A DNA stretch of 64,000 nucleotides from an uncultured Coprococcus sp. (GCA_947626675.1 CANQTC010000011.1:7535-71534), one strand, 5' to 3'; shown: positions 28,141-38,460, counted from the first letter of the stretch. Notes: generated by a model from the sequence alone, not told the origin. Program-made: numbers and translations.

Positions 28141-29916
28141 ATGGAAGGTGCATCAATGGAGAAAAAAAAGAGTAGTGCTTCTAAACCATTGGCTATTGTG
28201 GCTGCAATTTTAGCACTTGCAGCAGGTATTTTAGGTATGCTTACGATAACGGTTGGAGCTTTGGTGTGTGGGATTGCTGCGGCGATAGTTGTATGTGTAG
28301 CAGCATTTTCATCTGGCGGTGATTCAGGAAATAATTCTAAGGGAAGTCTGAACGACAAATACAAAAAGCTGTTTATGAATTTGCCTATTGGATTTGCGCA
28401 GGCGAAAATCGTTGATGACCTTGTCAGTGGAGCGGGATATCAGATTGTTGATGCAAATGATTTATTTGGTGAATATTTTAAACTGGATTCAAGTGACTAT
28501 AGTAATAAGGTTCTTGCGGACAGCAAGATAGAGGTTTTGCAGGATATCAATGCCTGGTTTACTGCATACAGTAATTCAGGTACAAAAGAGGGTGATTTAA
28601 TGGATGTTGAGATTACCATGGAATCACTTCAAAAGGTATTTAATACGGTTATGTATATGTCAGACTCTGATTATATCAATATGGTAGTTATCGATGTAAC
28701 AGAGCAGAAAGAAACAGAGAATAAGTTAAGCAAAGCCATCGTGGATGCAAATGCAGCATATAAAACACAGGCAGAATTTCTTGCAAACATGAGTCATGAA
28801 ATCAGAACGCCGATTAATGGAATCCTTGGTATGCTTCAGCTTACGCTTATGGCAGAGGATTTGCAGGCTGATTACAGAGATAACTTAGTTACTGCCAAGA
28901 ACTGTGCAGATACACTTTTAAGACTGATTAATGATATTCTTGATATCAGTAAGCTGGAAGCAGGAAAGTATCGAATAAAAGAAGAAACCTTTGATATAAA
29001 AGAAGCAATAGAAGATACGGTTGCAGCACAGGTTCCTATTGCAACCAATAAAGGCTTGCAGCTTGATTGTTCATTTGGAAATAATATGCCGCAGCTTGTT
29101 AAGGGTGACGGACAAAGGGTTCAGCAGGTACTGAACTGTCTCTTATCCAATGCAATTAAGTTTACAACAGAGGGAAGCGTAAGAGTAAAGATTGCTTCTA
29201 TGTCACCGGATAAAGGAGAATCGGATAAGGTAAAGATAAGAATTGCAGTTGCAGATACCGGTATCGGTATATCGGAAGCCAATATGCGTAAGCTTTTTGT
29301 AAGATTTAGTCAGGTAGACTCGTCTGATACAAGAAAGTATGGCGGTTCAGGTCTTGGTCTTGTGATTACAAAGCAGATTGTAGAGCTGATGGGCGGAAGT
29401 ATTCAGGTTCAGAGTAAGGAAGATATCGGTTCGACCTTTATTGTTGAAATACCGATGAAGATTGTAAAAGCGGCTGATTCAGCAGACGACCTTGTTCCTG
29501 AAAGAGAAGACCCGGCAGTATTTTCTGTCAATGCACACAGCAAAGCGAGAATCCTTGTGGCAGAGGATGAACCTGTAAACCAGCAGGTTATCGGAAAGCT
29601 TCTTGGAATGGCAGGATTTTCATATGATATAGCAGAAAATGGGGAAAAGGCTGTTGAATTGTTTAAACAGAAGATATATGATGCAGCGCTTTTTGATGTC
29701 CAGATGCCTGTTATGGATGGTATTGCTGCTACGCAGGAAATTCGGGAGATTGAGAAGAAGGAAAAGAGAAAGCGACTTCCGATTATTGCAGTAACAGCCA
29801 GAGCCATGTTTGGTGATAAGGAGAGGATTCTCGAAAACAAGTTGGATGACTATATTGCAAAACCATATAATTTGAACGATGTAGTCGATACGCTTAATAA
29901 GTACATAGAAGATTAA
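28141..29916 (+). CDS. Hybrid sensor histidine kinase/response regulator
   Basis: TM hairpin, PAS-like region, FLANMSHEIRTP, NAIKFT, GGSGLGL, receiver AEDE..DVQMP..AKP. Confidence 0.95.
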   Translation: MEGASMEKKKSSASKPLAIVAAILALAAGILGMLTITVGALVCGIAAAIVVCVAAFSSGGDSGNNSKGSLNDKYKKLFMNLPIGFAQAKIVDDLVSGAGYQIVDANDLFGEYFKLDSSDYSNKVLADSKIEVLQDINAWFTAYSNSGTKEGDLMDVEITMESLQKVFNTVMYMSDSDYINMVVIDVTEQKETENKLSKAIVDANAAYKTQAEFLANMSHEIRTPINGILGMLQLTLMAEDLQADYRDNLVTAKNCADTLLRLINDILDISKLEAGKYRIKEETFDIKEAIEDTVAAQVPIATNKGLQLDCSFGNNMPQLVKGDGQRVQQVLNCLLSNAIKFTTEGSVRVKIASMSPDKGESDKVKIRIAVADTGIGISEANMRKLFVRFSQVDSSDTRKYGGSGLGLVITKQIVELMGGSIQVQSKEDIGSTFIVEIPMKIVKAADSADDLVPEREDPAVFSVNAHSKARILVAEDEPVNQQVIGKLLGMAGFSYDIAENGEKAVELFKQKIYDAALFDVQMPVMDGIAATQEIREIEKKEKRKRLPIIAVTARAMFGDKERILENKLDDYIAKPYNLNDVVDTLNKYIED

Positions 29917-29933
29917 GATACGATATCATGAGC

Positions 29934-29965
29934 AAGCGGAGCAGGAGAACTGCTCCGCTTTTTTG
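29934..29965 (+). terminator. Intrinsic terminator
   Basis: AAGCGGAGCAG/CTGCTCCGCTT followed by T run. Confidence 0.85.
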
Positions 29966-30098
29966 TGCTATTTCAATGATAGACAAAGAATAATTTAGAT
30001 AGTATAATTATATTATCAATGGGCCGTTTAACCATTTTGATGACCAGATGGGTGAAGGTATCATTAGAAAATTATGAATAAGCAGAGAGGGATAGAAT

Positions 30099-30779
30099 AT
30101 GGGTAATTTTTTTCAAAACGCATTTGAGAAGACAAAAAATTTTGCAAATCAGGCTGTAGACGGAACAAAAAATGCAGCGCAAAAGTCAAAACTCAGGTCA
30201 CGCATCAATCAGGAAAATAGTAATATCGAAAGACAGTTTACCGAGATTGGAAGGTATTATTATAATATTAATAAAGAGCAGCCGGCTTCTGAGGTTGCAC
30301 AGTTCTTCGATAACATCAATATATCGTTGAAGAATATTGCATCATTTAATCAGGAAATACAGAATATAGAAGCGCAGGAGGCATTGGCAAAGCAGCAAAA
30401 TGCAAATCCGGGTTATACAGGATATCCGCAACAGAGTATGCCGCCACAGGGAATGCCACAACAGGGAATGCCGCAGCAAGGTATGGCACCGATACAGCCG
30501 AATATGCCGCAGCAGGGTATGGCACCGGTACAGCCGAATATGCCGCAGCAGGGTATGGCGCCGGTACAGCCGAATATGCCGCAGCAGGGTATGACACCGG
30601 TACAGCCGAATATGCCGTCACAGGGTATGGCGCCGATACAGCCGAATATGCCGTCACAGGGTATGGCGCCGATACAGCCGAATATGCCGCAGCAGGGTAT
30701 AGCGCCGATACAGCCGAATATACCGCAGCAGCCGACAGAGCCTTCGCCTGCTATGGAGGGGGAAACACCTGCGGAGTAA
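30099..30779 (+). CDS. Hypothetical protein with helical N-terminus and Pro/Gln/Met repeat tail
   Basis: RBS, flanking terminators, coiled-coil-like N-terminus, MPQQGMAPIQPN repeats. Confidence 0.8.
   Translation: MGNFFQNAFEKTKNFANQAVDGTKNAAQKSKLRSRINQENSNIERQFTEIGRYYYNINKEQPASEVAQFFDNINISLKNIASFNQEIQNIEAQEALAKQQNANPGYTGYPQQSMPPQGMPQQGMPQQGMAPIQPNMPQQGMAPVQPNMPQQGMAPVQPNMPQQGMTPVQPNMPSQGMAPIQPNMPSQGMAPIQPNMPQQGIAPIQPNIPQQPTEPSPAMEGETPAE
30468..30731 (+). repeat. 36-bp coding tandem repeat, 7 copies plus a partial one
   Basis: ATGCCGCAGCAGGGTATGGCGCCGRTACAGCCGAAT units, head-to-tail, no spacers. Confidence 0.95.
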
Positions 30780-30827
30780 ATATAAAAAATAAGACATTAT
30801 ACAAAATGTATAATTTTTATAGTTGAG

Positions 30828-30858
30828 AAAAGGACAGCCTGAGGAGGTTGTCCTTTTT
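30828..30858 (+). terminator. Intrinsic terminator
   Basis: AAAAGGACAGCCT/AGGTTGTCCTTTTT. Confidence 0.75.
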
Positions 30859-31035
30859 ATATATTGAATTTGCAGGAAAAAGGTGAGGGGCTGTTTGACA
30901 GCGCAGAATAAGTGAAAAATACAATCCGTATAATATGTGCTGATGACTGAAAAGGGTCTGAAAAAAGGGCTTTACAAGCCTTTCAGAAGGTGATAACGTA
31001 TGGTTACAGCAAACAAATGAAGGAGGGCAGAACAC

Positions 31036-31524
31036 ATAATTTTTAATTTCATATTAATTACATATATTGGGATTGCAGTTTTATATGATTTTAAAACATG
31101 GCGTATACCCAATATGTATGTGGCAGTTGGTATGATTACAGGATTTGTAATTTCTGTTATGAAAAGGGGCATATATGCAGGCAGCCGACACAGTGCTGTG
31201 GGAATTATAATTCCTGTTGGAATATTATTCATACTATTTATTGCAAAGGCCATCGGAGGTGGTGATATAAAGCTGCTTTCGGCAGCAGGCTCATTTATTG
31301 GGACTGATGTTGGCTTCATTATCATATATTCCTTTGTCGCGGGAGGAATATTATCTTTTATTTATCTTATAAGATTATTGATGAAATCAGTTACGAGTCG
31401 TAATAAAAACTCAAATCAAAACAATGGAGAAGCTTTGGATATACATTGCATATGCAAAGCCAAAATTCATTTTTCACTGGCCATATTGCTGGGAACAGTG
31501 TGTTATTTATGGTTAAAAATGTAG
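31036..31524 (+). CDS. A24 prepilin peptidase (TadV/CpaA-like), probable ATA/ATT start
   Basis: GGGDIKL motif; the first catalytic motif YDFKTWRIPN lies upstream of ATG 31114 in the same frame; AGGAGG at 31021. Confidence 0.8.
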   Translation: MIFNFILITYIGIAVLYDFKTWRIPNMYVAVGMITGFVISVMKRGIYAGSRHSAVGIIIPVGILFILFIAKAIGGGDIKLLSAAGSFIGTDVGFIIIYSFVAGGILSFIYLIRLLMKSVTSRNKNSNQNNGEALDIHCICKAKIHFSLAILLGTVCYLWLKM

Positions 31525-31525
31525 T

Positions 31526-32512
31526 ATGCAACAAAAGGAGGGGATAGTAATCAGACAACACAAAATCGGGATATTTGATGACGAACAGGCTTATATGTTC
31601 GGACTTATGAATTATATCAATTCAAATACAGACAGTCCCTTATATGCAATAGCATTTTCTGATGCGGCTAAGCTGGAGAAATATCTTGAAGAAAAAAGCA
31701 TAGAATTGTTGATTTCGCCAACCGATTTTGATATTTCATCACTTCATGACGAACAGTTGGCTGGTGTTAAAAGGATATATCTGACAGATGAGAAATCACC
31801 GGTGGCAGCTCCTGATTCAGATGTGCGGTATATATTTAAGTATGTAAGAGCGGGGCTGATAGAGGAACAGGCAATGGATATGTTAAAAACAGTTCCTGAT
31901 AAGGTCAGACATTCTATTTGTCATACCTATGCTGTGATATCACCTATAGGCAGGTGTGGAAAGACGAGACTTTCAAAAGGAATATGCTTTCTTGATGAAG
32001 TGCGTGGAGGCTTGTATATAGGAATGGAGGCATTTGGCAGTATGGAATATGATGCGCAGCATACGGATGTATTGTCAGATGTATTTTATATGGTTAAGAA
32101 CAGATGTACAGAGTTTATTGAATATGTGCAGGGGCATATTGTGCAGGAAGGAAGTATTGCATATATTCCTTCTGTGTCATCCATACATGACATGTGTCAG
32201 ATAAATTCAGACGACTTGTTCTGGATGATTGAGAAGCTTGTGGAATGGGGCAGATATACGACGATTGTCTGTGATATTGATGCTTCTGTACTTCAAGACT
32301 TGTCATGTCTGGAAGCATTTGATGATATTTATATGCCTGTGTTAAAGGATGAGATATCCGTTCATAAGAAAAAGATATTTTACGAGTTGCTCAGGGCGTA
32401 TGAGCTTGATAAGCTTGCGGAAAGAATAAAGGAAGTTGAGCTGCCGGATGTCGATTATGCGCACAGCCTTATGATAAGGACAATAGAAAGGAGTCTGCTT
32501 ACTGAAGGATGA
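31526..32512 (+). CDS. TadZ/CpaE-like pilus assembly protein (degenerate receiver + ParA/MinD-like)
   Basis: KIGIFDDEQAY receiver-like start, SPIGRCGKT deviant P-loop; position in the Tad locus. Confidence 0.7.
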   Translation: MQQKEGIVIRQHKIGIFDDEQAYMFGLMNYINSNTDSPLYAIAFSDAAKLEKYLEEKSIELLISPTDFDISSLHDEQLAGVKRIYLTDEKSPVAAPDSDVRYIFKYVRAGLIEEQAMDMLKTVPDKVRHSICHTYAVISPIGRCGKTRLSKGICFLDEVRGGLYIGMEAFGSMEYDAQHTDVLSDVFYMVKNRCTEFIEYVQGHIVQEGSIAYIPSVSSIHDMCQINSDDLFWMIEKLVEWGRYTTIVCDIDASVLQDLSCLEAFDDIYMPVLKDEISVHKKKIFYELLRAYELDKLAERIKEVELPDVDYAHSLMIRTIERSLLTEG

Positions 32513-33731
32513 AATAAAAAATGAAATAAAAAAGAAGGTCTTAGAAGATATCGATATGTCGGACAGTATTGAAGATAATCAGGTTGGACTTCTGATTGAC
32601 AGATATATCCTGGAGTATGAAGGTAATCGAAAGCTTAGCTTAAAAAATAAATTAGAGATTAAGTCAGAACTTTTTAATTCACTTAGAAGGCTCGATATCC
32701 TGTCAGATATGTTAGAAGATGAAAGTATAACAGAAATCATGGTAAATGGATATAACAGCATATTTGTTGAGAAAAAGGGCAGGCTGATGAAACTGAAACA
32801 GACATTTGAAAGCGAAGACCGTCTGAAGTCGGTTATTCAGAATATTGTTGCAGGATGTAACAGAATCGTAAATGAATCATCGCCGATTGTTGATGCCAGA
32901 CTTGCAGATGGTTCGAGAGTGAATGTTGTACTTCCGCCGATTGCATTAAATGGACCAACCATTACTATAAGAAAATTTGCGAAAGAGGCTATGACGATGA
33001 ACCGGCTGATAGCGCTTGGCGCTGTTTCAGAAGAGGTGGCGGAATTTCTGAGAAAGCTGGTAATCGCCGGATATAATATATTTATTTCAGGCGGTACAGG
33101 CGCGGGAAAAACAACATTTTTAAATGCGCTTTCAGGTTATGTGCCAAAGGATGAAAGGATTATCACGATTGAAGATTCTGCGGAGTTAATGATAGAAGGG
33201 GTAGATAATCTGGTAAGGCTTGAAGCCAGAAATGCAAATGTGGAAGGTGAAAATGCGGTAACGATACGAGACTTGATAAAGTCCAGTCTCAGGATGAGAC
33301 CTGATAGAATAATCGTTGGCGAAGTGAGAGATGAAGCTGCCATCGATATGCTTGCGGCTATGAATACCGGACATGACGGAAGTCTTTCTACGGGACATGC
33401 AAACTCTTCTTTTGATATGATTTCAAGACTTGAGACAATGGTGCTTATGGGCGCTGATATGCCTATCGAGGCTGTGAGAAAACAAATCGCATCAGCAGTT
33501 GATATCATCATACATCTGGGAAGACTGAGGGATAAAAGCAGAAAATTATTAGAGATTAGCGAGGTGATGGGTATGGGTAATGGTGAAGTGCAGCTAAATA
33601 AATTATACGAATATGTAGAAACTGACATGAACAATGAAAGAGTAGTTGGAAAATTTCGTAAGATGAATGATTTGCATAATATAGCAAAGCTGCAATTTTC
33701 CGGTCTGATAGAGATAGAAAGGGATACATAG
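32502..33731 (+). CDS. tadA: TadA/CpaF pilus assembly ATPase (probable CTG start; next ATG 32556)
   Basis: EIMVNG, DARLADGSRVN, SGGTGAGKTT, LRMRPDRIIVGEVR, MNTGHDGS. Confidence 0.93.
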   Translation: MKDEIKNEIKKKVLEDIDMSDSIEDNQVGLLIDRYILEYEGNRKLSLKNKLEIKSELFNSLRRLDILSDMLEDESITEIMVNGYNSIFVEKKGRLMKLKQTFESEDRLKSVIQNIVAGCNRIVNESSPIVDARLADGSRVNVVLPPIALNGPTITIRKFAKEAMTMNRLIALGAVSEEVAEFLRKLVIAGYNIFISGGTGAGKTTFLNALSGYVPKDERIITIEDSAELMIEGVDNLVRLEARNANVEGENAVTIRDLIKSSLRMRPDRIIVGEVRDEAAIDMLAAMNTGHDGSLSTGHANSSFDMISRLETMVLMGADMPIEAVRKQIASAVDIIIHLGRLRDKSRKLLEISEVMGMGNGEVQLNKLYEYVETDMNNERVVGKFRKMNDLHNIAKLQFSGLIEIERDT

Positions 33732-33732
33732 C

Positions 33733-34476
33733 TTGAAAAGGAATTACAGTATCTATAAATTAAGCAAATTAGAGTTGGCGGCGGCCGTATCAGGCTATGC
33801 CATGATAATAGGCGCTGTCAGTATATTGTTTTATAATTCGCTTATACCATGTATTATGCTGATGCCGGCTGAGCTTTTTCTTATTAAAGAAACAGAACGG
33901 AAAAAAGGAAAGGAGTGCAGGAAAAAGCTGCAGGCAGAGTTTAAGGATATGATAGAGTCGCTGGCAGCAAATATGAGTGCGGGCTATTCGTTAGAAAAGG
34001 CTTTTGCGCCTGTATATGAAGAAATTCACAATCTTTATAGAGGGAAAAGCGATATAGAAAAGGAATTGGACTTTATAAGAAAAGGAATAGCCTTAAATAC
34101 AGATATAGAAATATTATTAAAAGATTTTGGTATGCGTTCAGGTGTTGCTGATATAAAAGAATTTGCCGAAGTCGTTTCTGTTGCAAAGAAATCAGGCGGT
34201 AATCTGGTTAAAATTATAAGAAGAACGGCTGATAATATAAAAAAACGTCAGGAGGTGGAGAATGAGATTAATACGGTACTTGCTGCGAAGAAAATGGAGC
34301 AAAGGATAATGAGCTGTATGCCATGTGCAATTGTTCTCTATATGCGTATTGCGAACAGAGGATATATGAATTCTGTTTATGGAAATGCAGCGGGCATCAT
34401 TGTTATGACAATTTGTTTTATTGTAATGGCGGCAGCGATTATCTGGGGAAGGCGGATTGTGGATATTGAAGTATAG
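33733..34476 (+). CDS. tadB: TadB-like (T2SS-F domain) membrane platform protein
   Basis: AGYSLEKAF, KSGGNL, TM helices; follows tadA. Confidence 0.85.
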   Translation: MKRNYSIYKLSKLELAAAVSGYAMIIGAVSILFYNSLIPCIMLMPAELFLIKETERKKGKECRKKLQAEFKDMIESLAANMSAGYSLEKAFAPVYEEIHNLYRGKSDIEKELDFIRKGIALNTDIEILLKDFGMRSGVADIKEFAEVVSVAKKSGGNLVKIIRRTADNIKKRQEVENEINTVLAAKKMEQRIMSCMPCAIVLYMRIANRGYMNSVYGNAAGIIVMTICFIVMAAAIIWGRRIVDIEV

Positions 34477-35842
34477 AATGGTTAGAAAGAAAAAAGGTCT
34501 GATGGATTTGTTCGCTGAAGAGATATATGGGCATTTGGAAAGATTTTTCAATATAAACCGGACAAATGATTTGATTAGAAGCATAAAAACGGTTTCAAAA
34601 CAGGAAGCGGAAAAGCTTTGTCACGAGTATTATATTCTTGTGATTAAGAGGCTTATGGCAGTTGTGGTTATTACATTATTGTTTGCAGGTATTGTCATAA
34701 TAAAAAGTAATAAAAACAGCGATAAGGTTATCCTTGACAGAGGAAGTTATGGTGAGGACACCAAAGAATGCAGGCTTTCTGCCAATATCGATAATACAGA
34801 ATACGATTTTTGTGTGGATGTGCTTCCGTTGGAATATAAATATGAGGATATGGATGCTGTTTTTGAAAAAGGCTTTGCATATATAGATAAGATATATCTC
34901 GGTAATAATTCAGAAAAAGAGAACATCGTTGACGACCTGAATCTTATAGACAGCATAGATGAATTGGGCGTGGAGGTGAGATGGACATCAGATAATGATG
35001 AGATTATGGACACGAGGGGAAAGCTGGCGGATACCGTATTGGAGTCTCCCGTAAATGTAGAACTTGAGGCAGCGCTTTGCTATAAGGATTATACGAAAAA
35101 GAAAAAGTACAATCTTATCGTAAAGGGGAAAAAACGGAATACCTATGAAATTGTAATAGAGGAAATCAAAAAATATATCACAACGTTTCAACAGGAAAAT
35201 AATGATATGCAAAGACTCGAACTGCCAAAGGAGATTAATGGTTATACGATTTCCAAGCCTGAACCTTCAAGCCCGGTAATGTTGATTATAATCATAGGGG
35301 GGGTTGTATCTTTTTTGATACTATATAAAAGTAATAAAGATTTAAAAGCGGAAAACGTGTACAGGAACAGACAGTTGATAAAGAATTATCCTGAATTTGC
35401 AGATAAACTTTCACTTTATATGGGCGCGGGCTTATCTGTACGAGGTGCATTGTACAAGATATCAGAAGAGCTGGGTAAAGAAAAAAAGCAGAAAAACCGG
35501 TATGGAAATCGGTATGACAATATACTGGGAGATGAAATCAAATATACTCTAAATGAAATTTCATCAGGAATATCCGAGGAACAGGCATATTTCAATCTGG
35601 GACATCGGTTAAATCTTTCTGTTTATCTGAAATTGACATCGCTATTATCACAAAATGTAAAAAAAGGTACAAAAAATGTACTGGATATGTTAGCACAGGA
35701 AGAGGAAGCCGCCATACAGCTAAGACGCGAACTGGCGAAGAAAAGGGGAGAAGAGGCAGGAACAAAATTGCTTTTTCCCATGATAGTATTACTGGCGGTT
35801 GTTATGGTAATTGTTGTGCTGCCGGCGTTGATAAGCTTTTAA
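34457..35842 (+). CDS. tadC: TadC-like (T2SS-F domain) protein with extracellular Ig-like insert
   Basis: LYMGAGLS, GEEAGTKLLFPM, VRWTSDN Ig-like segment. Confidence 0.85.
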   Translation: MWILKYRMVRKKKGLMDLFAEEIYGHLERFFNINRTNDLIRSIKTVSKQEAEKLCHEYYILVIKRLMAVVVITLLFAGIVIIKSNKNSDKVILDRGSYGEDTKECRLSANIDNTEYDFCVDVLPLEYKYEDMDAVFEKGFAYIDKIYLGNNSEKENIVDDLNLIDSIDELGVEVRWTSDNDEIMDTRGKLADTVLESPVNVELEAALCYKDYTKKKKYNLIVKGKKRNTYEIVIEEIKKYITTFQQENNDMQRLELPKEINGYTISKPEPSSPVMLIIIIGGVVSFLILYKSNKDLKAENVYRNRQLIKNYPEFADKLSLYMGAGLSVRGALYKISEELGKEKKQKNRYGNRYDNILGDEIKYTLNEISSGISEEQAYFNLGHRLNLSVYLKLTSLLSQNVKKGTKNVLDMLAQEEEAAIQLRRELAKKRGEEAGTKLLFPMIVLLAVVMVIVVLPALISF

Positions 35843-35894
35843 CAGGCTGTTATAAAAACGGTAAATATAAAATTTGATTAGGGAGGAATCAGAC

Positions 35895-36065
35895 ATGAAT
35901 AAAATAAAAGAATTTTTAAAAGATGAGTCGGGTATGGGGGTTGTAGAAATCCTGCTGATTATCGTGGTATTAATTGCAATGGTAATCATTTTTCAGGATG
36001 AGATTACAAAGCTTGTAAATTCCATATGGCGCTCAATAGGAAAGAGTGCAAAGAAAATATATTAG
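35895..36065 (+). CDS. flp: Flp1-like type IVb pilin
   Basis: FLKDESG|MGVVE cleavage site with Glu+5, then a hydrophobic helix; 56 aa. Confidence 0.9.
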   Translation: MNKIKEFLKDESGMGVVEILLIIVVLIAMVIIFQDEITKLVNSIWRSIGKSAKKIY

Positions 36066-36077
36066 GAGGCTTACCGG

Positions 36078-37529
36078 ATGGATAACAGGGGACAAATTAC
36101 AGTATTCCTGTGTCTGATTTTGACAAGTATGCTTCTTATAGGTCTGACATCACTGGAGGTGATAAGGCTTAATACAGGAAGAGCAATGTTATCGCAGGCT
36201 GCTAAAGGTGCAATGGAAAATCTGAAGGCGGGGTATAACAGAGAACTGTTTGAAGCGTATCATCTCCTGATGCTTGACAAAAATTGCAATGGAAGAGGAG
36301 AAGCCGGTTTGGAAGCGCTGACAGAAGAATATCTGGAATATACGCTTGGTGAAAGTGATATTGCGGGGGTTCGTGTAACAGATGTTATATTAACCGGAAG
36401 TGCAGATATACTTCAGGATGAGTGCAAACCGCTTAAAGAACAGATAACAGAATATATGAAGTACAAATCGGAGATATCCGCGGCAAATGATTTGATTCGT
36501 TTCATTACAGATGGTGAAGAAATGGTCGATGATGTACAAAGTGCGGTAGAGGAAGGGAAGAATGAGAAAAATGAGAATGAAAGTGACTGGGCTGGCGATG
36601 ACCCCAGGGAGGTACTAAAAGATAGTACAGGGACAGGTTTATTGGCGGTTGTTACACCGGATGGGACAGTTCCGTCTAAGGAAGCATTTGATATGGAGGA
36701 TTTTCCGTCACAAATCAATACCGAAGAAGCAAATGAAGATATGAATATCAATTTTGAAGATATTGATATATTAGAAGCACAGCTTGGAATTTCAAATAGT
36801 GACTGTATCGCTTCATTTCAGGAAAATTATTACGGAATGGCTTATGCACTTGAATGTTTTGACTATTATACATGTGACAAAATATATGATAATCCCATGA
36901 AATGTGAGGTGGAATATATGATATGCGGGAAAGATAATGATTATGATAATCTTTCATCTGTTGTTAATAAAATCGTTTTGCATCGGATGCCGTTTAATTT
37001 TATGTATCTTATCAGTGATAAAGAAAAGATAGCAGAGATAGAAGCAATCGCCATCACACTGGCACTGCTGCCGGGAATCACTTATGCGGCTGTAAAATAT
37101 CTGCTGATAGGCTGTTGGTCATATGCGGAAACCTTAGTTGAAATAAAATCATTGCTTGCAGGCAATAAGATACCATATATAAAGACAAAAGATACATGGC
37201 TTACGGATATCAATAAATTGGGAAATCTCGCCAATATAAAAAATCTTGATTATGAAGGCCCTGCAGGAATCGATTATAAAGGATTTTTAATGATTTTGAT
37301 GGCGGAGCATACGAGTAAATTATATTACAGAATCGCCGATATCATACAGCTTAATATGAGACAGTTCAATGATTCCTTTAGAATGAAAGATATGATTTAT
37401 GCTTGTACATTTGATATCAGTGGGGAATGTGACGGAAAATACGCAGATTTTATTAAATCCCGGAAAAATGTCATATGGGCAGATGAAAACGGATACAGCT
37501 ATCATTTATCAATGGAAGCAGGTTATTAA
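36078..37529 (+). CDS. Tad-associated pseudopilin-like protein (DUF5702-like)
   Basis: RG|QITVFL N-terminus, EVEYMICGK..DYDNL, WSYAE motifs. Confidence 0.7.
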   Translation: MDNRGQITVFLCLILTSMLLIGLTSLEVIRLNTGRAMLSQAAKGAMENLKAGYNRELFEAYHLLMLDKNCNGRGEAGLEALTEEYLEYTLGESDIAGVRVTDVILTGSADILQDECKPLKEQITEYMKYKSEISAANDLIRFITDGEEMVDDVQSAVEEGKNEKNENESDWAGDDPREVLKDSTGTGLLAVVTPDGTVPSKEAFDMEDFPSQINTEEANEDMNINFEDIDILEAQLGISNSDCIASFQENYYGMAYALECFDYYTCDKIYDNPMKCEVEYMICGKDNDYDNLSSVVNKIVLHRMPFNFMYLISDKEKIAEIEAIAITLALLPGITYAAVKYLLIGCWSYAETLVEIKSLLAGNKIPYIKTKDTWLTDINKLGNLANIKNLDYEGPAGIDYKGFLMILMAEHTSKLYYRIADIIQLNMRQFNDSFRMKDMIYACTFDISGECDGKYADFIKSRKNVIWADENGYSYHLSMEAGY

Positions 37530-37547
37530 AAGAAGGGGGGGTTATGT

Positions 37548-38444
37548 ATGTTCTCTTATTGTATCAGCAAGATGAAAAAAAATAAAATATTATTGGATTT
37601 GAAGCCTCTCCAAGCACATACCCATTTAAAAAGATATCAGAATGTCTGTCTGTGCAGTAAGAGAATATACATAACTTCCTTTCTGAAAAGAAATGAGGGA
37701 AGCGCTGTGCTGGAAGCTGCTTTGATATTACCCTTATTCATATTTGCGATGCTGTTCATATACAGTATCGGATGTGTTATCTGTACCAAAACGGTCGTTT
37801 ATGAGGCAATGCAGGAAACCGTTCAGTATATGGCTGAATATGCATATCTGTATGAAACGGTGGAAGATTGTTCAATCGGAGCGTGTGCAGCGAATACGGT
37901 GACTGCCTATAGGAAACTGAACGAATATATAGACGATAAGGAATTTGTTGATAAATATGTATCGGGAAGTACAGGTGGAATTATGGTATCAAGGGCAGAA
38001 GTAGATGGTGACGGCTATATCTGCATGGATATTGCGTATCAGATATCAATTGATATACCGATACTTGGCAGTTGGAATAAAGGAATAACAGAGCGCATAA
38101 GGCAAAAGGCATATTTGGGAAGCAGTATGCTGTCTGAAAAAAATCAGGAGATGTATGTATATGTTGCGGAAAATCAATCGGTATATCATACAACAAGAAA
38201 CTGTTATCATATAAAACTTTCTGTTATACAGATATCGGAACAGGAACTTGCTCATGCGTATTCCGCACTTGCTCCCTGTGACTTCTGCGTAAAAGACGGA
38301 AATGTTCCGAGTGCAATATATGTAACCAGTGAAGGAAATAAATATCATTATTCTAAAGCGTGCAGAGGATTGAAACGAACGGTATATAGGGTAAAGAAAA
38401 GTGAATGTCAGGGATTACCGGCATGTAGTAATTGTGGAAATTAA
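37548..38444 (+). CDS. TadE-like minor pilin with two C-terminal His/Cys modules
   Basis: EG|SAVLEAALILP; YH....C...CDFC and YH....C...CSNC. Confidence 0.8.
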   Translation: MFSYCISKMKKNKILLDLKPLQAHTHLKRYQNVCLCSKRIYITSFLKRNEGSAVLEAALILPLFIFAMLFIYSIGCVICTKTVVYEAMQETVQYMAEYAYLYETVEDCSIGACAANTVTAYRKLNEYIDDKEFVDKYVSGSTGGIMVSRAEVDGDGYICMDIAYQISIDIPILGSWNKGITERIRQKAYLGSSMLSEKNQEMYVYVAENQSVYHTTRNCYHIKLSVIQISEQELAHAYSALAPCDFCVKDGNVPSAIYVTSEGNKYHYSKACRGLKRTVYRVKKSECQGLPACSNCGN

Positions 38445-38460
38445 TTGTGGAGATATCAAT

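Noticed and set aside
30468-30731. 36-bp repeats as a CRISPR array
   Set aside because: Head-to-tail with no spacers, in frame within an ORF, and no cas genes in the window
30860-31020. c-di-GMP riboswitch before the Tad locus
   Set aside because: Only a simple hairpin (TCTGAAA..TTTCAGA); class I and class II core motifs not found
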